IMG/VR virus record: IMGVR_UViG_3300034032_000020
Location: 1-38,315 of that record
Strand: one strand, 5' to 3'
DNA length: 38,315 nucleotides
Source of the DNA: a virus
Taxonomy: Duplodnaviria > Caudoviricetes
Below the pieces are notes generated by a model. That model was not told the DNA's origin. It did not search any database and worked only from the letters and a program-made list of their open reading frames with translations. The translations under genes were made by a program, and so were the position numbers. This document shows positions 33,384 to 38,315 of this stretch, piece by piece (position 1 is the stretch's first letter; every line of letters starts with the position of its first letter).

Positions 33384-34406
33384 ATGGACCAGCTGCCCAC
33401 CTTCGGCGCCTCGGCGCGTACTGCCGGCGACGCCCCGGGCGTCCAGGCGTTCACCTTCGGCGCTCCGGAGGAAGTGCTGAACCGCCGGGATCTGCTTGAT
33501 CTGATCCAATGCTACCACAACGGCCGCTGGTATGAGCCGCCGATTCCGCGCGATGGTCTCGCGCGGGCGTTCAAGGCATCGCCGCACCACAGCTCGGCGA
33601 TCGTGCTGAAGCGCAACCTGCTCGTCTCCTCCTTCATTCCGTCGAAGCTGCTGAGCCCACGCGTGTTCGGCGCGGCCGTGCAGGATTACCTGGTCTTCGG
33701 CGACTGCTATTTCGAGGAACGGCCGAACATGCTCGGCGAGCCGATGCGGCTCGATCACTCGCTCGCCAAGTACACGCGCCGCGGCCTGGTGGACGGCGCA
33801 TTCTATTTCGTGCCTGGGTTGCGGCAGGAGACGGAGTTCCGACGGGGCAGCGTCATCCAGATCCGCCAACCTGATATAAATCAGGAAATCTACGGGGTGC
33901 CGGAATATATCAGCGCCCTGCAGTCGGCGCTGCTGAACGAGAACGCGACGCTGTTCCGCCGGCGCTATTACCTGAACGGCAGCCATGCCGGCTTCATCCT
34001 GCACGCCACCGGCGAATTCGATGAAGGCGACGTCGACAACATCCGCGAGGCGCTGAAGCAGTCGAAGGGTCCGGGCAATTTCCGCAACCTGTTCGTTCAC
34101 CAGCCCGGCGGCAAGGAAGGCGGCATCAAGCTCATTCCGATCGCCGAGGTGGCGGCCAAGGATGAATTCCTGGGCATCAAGAACACGACGCGCGACGACG
34201 TGCTGGCCGCGCACCGCGTGCCGCCCCAGCTGCTCGGCATCGTGCCGACGAGCGGCAGCACCTTCGGAGATCCGCGGGCGGCGATCGACGTCTTCTTCGA
34301 GCTCGAGATCGAGCCGATCCAGACGGTGTTCCTGGAAGTGAACGAACGGCTCGGCCGCGACGCGGTGGCGTTCAAGGTGCGGGAGAAGGCGAAGGCTGCG
34401 GCCTAG
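33384..34406 (+). CDS. gpQ: Portal protein gpQ (PBSX/P2 family)
   Basis: WYEPPI, HHSSAI, AKYTRRG, DINQEIYGVPEY, GPGNFRNLF, AHRVPPQL; start ATG 33384. Confidence 0.95.
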   Translation: MDQLPTFGASARTAGDAPGVQAFTFGAPEEVLNRRDLLDLIQCYHNGRWYEPPIPRDGLARAFKASPHHSSAIVLKRNLLVSSFIPSKLLSPRVFGAAVQDYLVFGDCYFEERPNMLGEPMRLDHSLAKYTRRGLVDGAFYFVPGLRQETEFRRGSVIQIRQPDINQEIYGVPEYISALQSALLNENATLFRRRYYLNGSHAGFILHATGEFDEGDVDNIREALKQSKGPGNFRNLFVHQPGGKEGGIKLIPIAEVAAKDEFLGIKNTTRDDVLAAHRVPPQLLGIVPTSGSTFGDPRAAIDVFFELEIEPIQTVFLEVNERLGRDAVAFKVREKAKAAA

Positions 34407-34447
34407 ATGGTTTGACGTCGGGAGCCAGCGTACCTACATCGACGCCG

Positions 34448-34672
34448 ATGATCGAGAAACTACAAGAGCGGATGCTGGCGGCAGGTGGCCGACTGAAAAT
34501 CAACATCCGCTTCGCCGGCAGCAAGGATTGGCAGCGGGTCACTTTGACGGGCGTCGATGTGGTCGGCGTCTACCTTGAGGACGTGCACGCCGATGGGGCG
34601 CATCCCTGGTCCTCGGTCGGAGGAGTCTCCATTCCGAACGCCGGTACCGCGCAGGTCGCCCCTAGCCGGTAA
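34448..34672 (+). CDS. Small moron protein, possible Sm/Hfq-like fold
   Basis: Own promoter TTGACG-N17-TACATC (34412-34440) 7 nt before the ATG; helix plus five short beta strands. Confidence 0.55.
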   Translation: MIEKLQERMLAAGGRLKINIRFAGSKDWQRVTLTGVDVVGVYLEDVHADGAHPWSSVGGVSIPNAGTAQVAPSR

Positions 34673-34676
34673 TTAT

Positions 34677-35003
34677 CTATCGCGCCGCCTTGGCCGCTCG
34701 ATAGATAATCGCGGCGGTACGCTCCACCCCAACTGCCCGGTAGATCGCATTGAGGCAGGCGTTCGCAGCCTGGCTGCGCCCGATCGCCGCCGCTCCCTCC
34801 TGCTCCTCCTCGCCGTGGCCACGGGTGACCGCGCGCCAGAAGTGATCGAACGGCCATCGATCCCCCTCCCCCTGGGCGTATAGGTAGGCGAGCGCCAGGC
34901 GCAGCGCTCGGCCGGGCGCTACCGGTGCGTCCCCTGTGGCGATCGCCGCCTCCTCGAGCGCGGCAAGCGCCATCATCTTGAGCTGATCCGGACCGAGTCG
35001 CAC
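34677..35003 (-). CDS. Hypothetical helical protein, candidate SOS-regulated gene
   Basis: ALAALEEAA...LRLALAYLY...PFDHFWRAV; start uncertain (GTG 35003 or ATG 35021). Confidence 0.7.
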   Translation of the reverse strand: MRLGPDQLKMMALAALEEAAIATGDAPVAPGRALRLALAYLYAQGEGDRWPFDHFWRAVTRGHGEEEQEGAAAIGRSQAANACLNAIYRAVGVERTAAIIYRAAKAAR

Positions 35004-35015
35004 CGCGCATCGGTG

Positions 35016-35030
35016 GAACATACGGGCAAC
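35016..35030. promoter_or_regulatory. Putative alphaproteobacterial LexA box GAAC-N7-CAAC
   Basis: One mismatch from GAAC-N7-GAAC; overlaps minus-strand TATGTT -10 upstream of 34677..35003. Confidence 0.45.
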
Positions 35031-35221
35031 GGGCGCAACCACGCCCGGCGCGGTCGCCTCACCGCCTCCTGCAACAGCCACCAGGCGCGCCGACAAGCGA
35101 GCGCCGTCATGCTCGCCGGCCCGCGTCCGCGCGCCCTGGTGGCGCCCAGGCGCGCCGTGTGGCGCCATTTCGAGCCCCCAGCCCCTCACCTGCCCCCTCG
35201 ACCGCTGCCACCCCAAGCCGC

Positions 35222-35243
35222 GCGCTTTTCCCCCCGCCTCGCC
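35222..35243 (-). other. P2-like cos site
   Basis: Minus strand GGCGAGGCGGGGGGAAAAGCGC resembles the P2 cohesive end GGCGAGGCGGGGAAAGCAC; lies just beyond the portal gene. Confidence 0.8.
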
Positions 35244-35370
35244 CGCGCTCTTTTCGTGTCGCTTTTGATGCGGCGACTAGCCCATCTCCACCCTAGGGCA
35301 TATTCTTAGAGTGAAGCGCCTCGGCTGGGGCTTTCAGGCTGATGCGGATTGATGCAGCCAAGGCGACATT

Positions 35371-35739
35371 TCAGGCGCTTGCGCGGAGCTCGGCCGGCTC
35401 GGTCGGCCGCGGCGAATCCGGCGGCTCGATATCGACCGGGCGAATCGTCTCAAACCGCGCGCGCAGAGCCTCCATGCTGGGGTTAACCAGGAGCAGGAAG
35501 TTTTCGTCCATCGATCGCGCGGCGAGGAAATAGCCGCGGCCGCGGCAACGTGTGATCTTGCAATCAACCGTTGCATCCACGAGCGACTCGTTCTCGCCAC
35601 GGCGGCGGGCGACGGCCGGCAGATCGACGTCGAAGAAGGTTTCGCAACCGAGGCACGCGACGCGCACGACGGCGCCACGACGGATCATCCCGCCGATGCT
35701 CGCGGCCCAGACTGGCCAAATTCGCCTACGAAACGGCAT
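35371..35739 (-). CDS. Hypothetical protein with CxxC...CxxxxC zinc-binding motif
   Basis: VRVACLGCETFFDVDL...DCKITRCRGRG. Confidence 0.7.
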   Translation of the reverse strand: MPFRRRIWPVWAASIGGMIRRGAVVRVACLGCETFFDVDLPAVARRRGENESLVDATVDCKITRCRGRGYFLAARSMDENFLLLVNPSMEALRARFETIRPVDIEPPDSPRPTEPAELRASA

Positions 35740-35995
35740 AGCAACGGCAATGTAATTGGCTGAAGCTTAATAGGAAATAGCCGGTTTCGCCGCCTTCGTC
35801 TTAGCTCCCGCCGATCGAGAACAACGAGCGTGGCGAAATCACGCTGCCCAAAACCGCTGCTGCCGCCCGGTAGCCCCGCCGGCGATAGCCGGCGGTACAG
35901 CCGAGACGCGGTCTCTGGCCGTTGTTGTGATGTTTAACGGTGGTGCAGGGATCATCCCATAAATAGCGCCGCGCGAAGCGCGTCCACTTCCCCTT

Positions 35996-36700
35996 TTATA
36001 TCTCTTCCCCCAGGATACAGTCAGCCCGCTGACTCGCGCCTCTAACTGCACGGCCGAGGCGAGCGAGATCTTCGCGCAGAGGGGAGTGGCGGCCCGGCGG
36101 GGCTGAAGGCTTGGCTGCCGGAGGGGCTGGCGCCGCCGTGCCGAGGCGCTTTAGACCGGCGACGACGAGCTGCCAGAAGCGAGACCAGGTGCGCTTCAGC
36201 ATGGAGCCGCGCCAGTTGAAGAAGTAGGCGTTGGAAGCCTGCTCGCGCTGAGGACCAGCGTCACCGCGGAGATCCGTCTTTGCGGAGCGGCGGACCCAAT
36301 CGAGATAGCCGTGATCGCTGAGGCGCTGGAGCGAGTCGTTCACGGCTGGCCGGCTCCAGCCAGTCCGCTCGGCTATCGTGTCCTGGCTGGGAAAGAACTC
36401 GCCGGTGCCGGCGTTGAAAAAGTCGAGCGCCGCTTCGAGGATCAGGATGTCACGCGGGAGCAATCGCGTCGCCTCCTCACATCCGCCGCGCTTCGCCTCG
36501 CAACGCTGCTGCCCTATATGTTCGCGCAGGGTGCGGAGGAGCGCGTTCTTGAAGACGCTCCATTGCTGGCGCGAGCCGTCGCCGACGCGACGCCAGGGCT
36601 TCGCCCGTTCGTCGTCTATATCGTAGCTGTAGCGGTGGACCCGCTCGCTCTTGCGCCGCACGAAGGCGGCCGCCACCTCCCCAAGGGAGCGGCCAGCCAT
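35996..36700 (-). CDS. Winged-helix (HTH_36-like) putative replication initiator
   Basis: ILEAALDFFNAGTGEFFPSQDTIAERTGWSRPAVNDSLQRLSDHGYLDWVRR...QASNAY; start set to ATG 36700. Confidence 0.7.
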   Translation of the reverse strand: MAGRSLGEVAAAFVRRKSERVHRYSYDIDDERAKPWRRVGDGSRQQWSVFKNALLRTLREHIGQQRCEAKRGGCEEATRLLPRDILILEAALDFFNAGTGEFFPSQDTIAERTGWSRPAVNDSLQRLSDHGYLDWVRRSAKTDLRGDAGPQREQASNAYFFNWRGSMLKRTWSRFWQLVVAGLKRLGTAAPAPPAAKPSAPPGRHSPLREDLARLGRAVRGASQRADCILGEEI

Positions 36701-36764
36701 GCGCGCCGCGGCCGGCGCCTCTGCCCGCGGGGCGCTCAACGGAGCGCTCCCGTCAAAGGACGCG

Positions 36765-38030
36765 CTACCTGCGCCGAAGCGGGAGCAGCCGCTCCGGAGC
36801 GGGGAAGCCCTCCAGGAGCATATCCGCCCACTGCTGCGCGAGCTCGCGTCGGCGCGGCATATAGGCTGCACGATTGTAGGCTGCCTCGACGCCCTCGGGC
36901 ACGTGCGCGAGCATCAGATCGATCACGGCGCGGTCTCCTGGCATGTTCCGCTCGATCGCCAGTTCGTTCATCACCGTCGAGAAGGTTGCCCGCCAGCCAT
37001 GCGGCACGTGGCGGCCGCGAAACTCCGGCAGCCGATTGTACATGTAGCCGATAGCGTTCTCGCTCATCGGCTTCTGGCCGTGCCTCGTGTTCGGGAACAG
37101 GAAGGGCCCATCGCCGACCACCCGAAGCGCGGCCTTCACGATCGCCACGGCCTGGGTGGGCAGCGGTATCAGGAAGTCGAAGGTCTCGTCTTCCTTGCGG
37201 TCCACTGTGAGCTTCATCTTGTCGGCCGGAATATGCCAGATCGGCGCCGACCCATCGAGATCCAGAAACTCGTGCGGCTCCGCCCGGCGCAATATGCCGG
37301 GTCGGGCAGCGGTGATCGCCAAGAGGCGGGAGGCCAGCTTCGTAAGCGGGTGCGCCGGCGACTCCTCCGACGTCTTCAGCAGCTTGCGCGCATCCTCCAG
37401 CTTTCGAAATGCCGGCTGTCGCTTCTTTACCAGGACTTCCAGCGCTGCCGGCGTGATCACTGCGGCCGGGTTGTTCTTGGCCTTCCCCGACGCAATCGCC
37501 GAGGCGAACACCGCCTCTATGCGCTGGCGCGTGCGACGGCCGGTCTCGACGGCACCGCGGTTCTCGATCGCCTGTATGACTTCGAGTACAGCCGGCACAT
37601 CGATGTCCGTGATCGCCTTGCTGCCCAATGCCGGGAAGACGTCGCGCTCGAAGCAGCGCATCACATCGGCGGCGTGCCTGGGATCCCACCGCCGGCGCTG
37701 CCGGGCATGCCAGCTCCGCGCTACTTGCTCGAACGGGTCGGCCACCACCACCTCCGCCGGCGGCGCGGCTTGTGCCTTCCGCTCGGCTGCCGGATCCTTC
37801 CCGGCCCGCAACTGGCGAGCTGCGGCGTCCCGAAGTTCTCGCGCGGCCGCGAGCGTCACTTCCGGGTACGCGCCAAAGGTGAGGAGCTTCTCCTTCTTCT
37901 GAAAGCGATACTTCCAGCGCCACGCCTTGTGGCCGCTCGGAGTGATGAAGAGGTGCAGCCCCTTGGCGTCGGCAAGCTTCTGCGCTTTGGCCGCCGGCTT
38001 GGCGGACCGGCACCGCGCGTCGGTTAACAA
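36765..38030 (-). CDS. int: Tyrosine recombinase integrase, P4-like with arm-DNA-binding domain
   Basis: KLADAKGLHLFITPSGHKAWRWKYR...GAYPEVTLAAAR; catalytic TAARPG, HGWR, LAH, AAYNR. Confidence 0.96.
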   Translation of the reverse strand: MLTDARCRSAKPAAKAQKLADAKGLHLFITPSGHKAWRWKYRFQKKEKLLTFGAYPEVTLAAARELRDAAARQLRAGKDPAAERKAQAAPPAEVVVADPFEQVARSWHARQRRRWDPRHAADVMRCFERDVFPALGSKAITDIDVPAVLEVIQAIENRGAVETGRRTRQRIEAVFASAIASGKAKNNPAAVITPAALEVLVKKRQPAFRKLEDARKLLKTSEESPAHPLTKLASRLLAITAARPGILRRAEPHEFLDLDGSAPIWHIPADKMKLTVDRKEDETFDFLIPLPTQAVAIVKAALRVVGDGPFLFPNTRHGQKPMSENAIGYMYNRLPEFRGRHVPHGWRATFSTVMNELAIERNMPGDRAVIDLMLAHVPEGVEAAYNRAAYMPRRRELAQQWADMLLEGFPAPERLLPLRRR

Positions 38031-38032
38031 CC

Positions 38033-38075
38033 GATACCCCCAAATCGAAAAGCGGCCACCCCCAGAATACCCCCA
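38033..38075. promoter_or_regulatory. Putative integrase arm-type binding sites, right end
   Basis: gataccccca (38033-38042), gccaccccca (38055-38064), aataccccca (38066-38075). Confidence 0.7.
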
Positions 38076-38188
38076 CTTGCCCTGCGCTGCTAAGGGCGCT
38101 TCTGGACACTACTGGACGCAACCCTGCGGACAAAACCGCGTAAAAGCAACGGTTTTGGGCTTTCGTGGACGGCTCTGGATAGGTCTGT

Positions 38189-38278
<90 letters not shown>

Positions 38279-38315
38279 GCAAAGATGAGGGCGAAGCGCC
38301 GCTGGGGCGGGCTCG

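Noticed and set aside
35760-35780. LexA box upstream of the 35371..35739 zinc-binding gene
   Set aside because: Too many mismatches to GAAC-N7-GAAC

Overview
Almost the whole window is one apparently complete, GC-rich P2-like (Peduovirus-type, contractile-tail) prophage of about 38.2 kb. It is integrated at the 3' end of a tRNA-Ser(CGA) gene (38189-38278, minus strand) and bounded by a 14-bp direct repeat TGGCGGAGAGGGTG (15-28 and 38189-38202). The host is probably an alphaproteobacterium, possibly a sphingomonad; this is inferred from the GapR homologue, the LexA-box type and the high GC. Order left to right: (1) a leftward early operon (Cro-like, CII-like, Ogr, XRE/Zn-finger, GapR/DUF2312, ParB-like, stand-alone DnaA domain IV, HerA/FtsK-type ATPase with tandem winged helices, AlpA); (2) a divergent short CI-like repressor and a moron cluster (Zn-ribbon/TM/OB-fold protein, a small paralogue of the repressor C-terminal domain, a RelE-type toxin-antitoxin pair); (3) P2-type tail, baseplate, lysis and head genes, with a beta-helix tailspike and the E/E' -1 frameshift; (4) terminase and portal, a P2-like cos site, a winged-helix Rep-like gene and a P4-type integrase. 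No P2 gpA rolling-circle initiator is visible. The most interesting observations are a probable SinI-style repressor-mimic antirepressor, a cluster of host chromosome-biology mimics replacing the P2 replication module, a candidate antisense sRNA over the parB-like leader, three perfect late-promoter palindromes, a WYL-like insert in gpS and a His-less spike with an extra helical partner gene. All assignments come from motif recognition by eye; no database searches were run.
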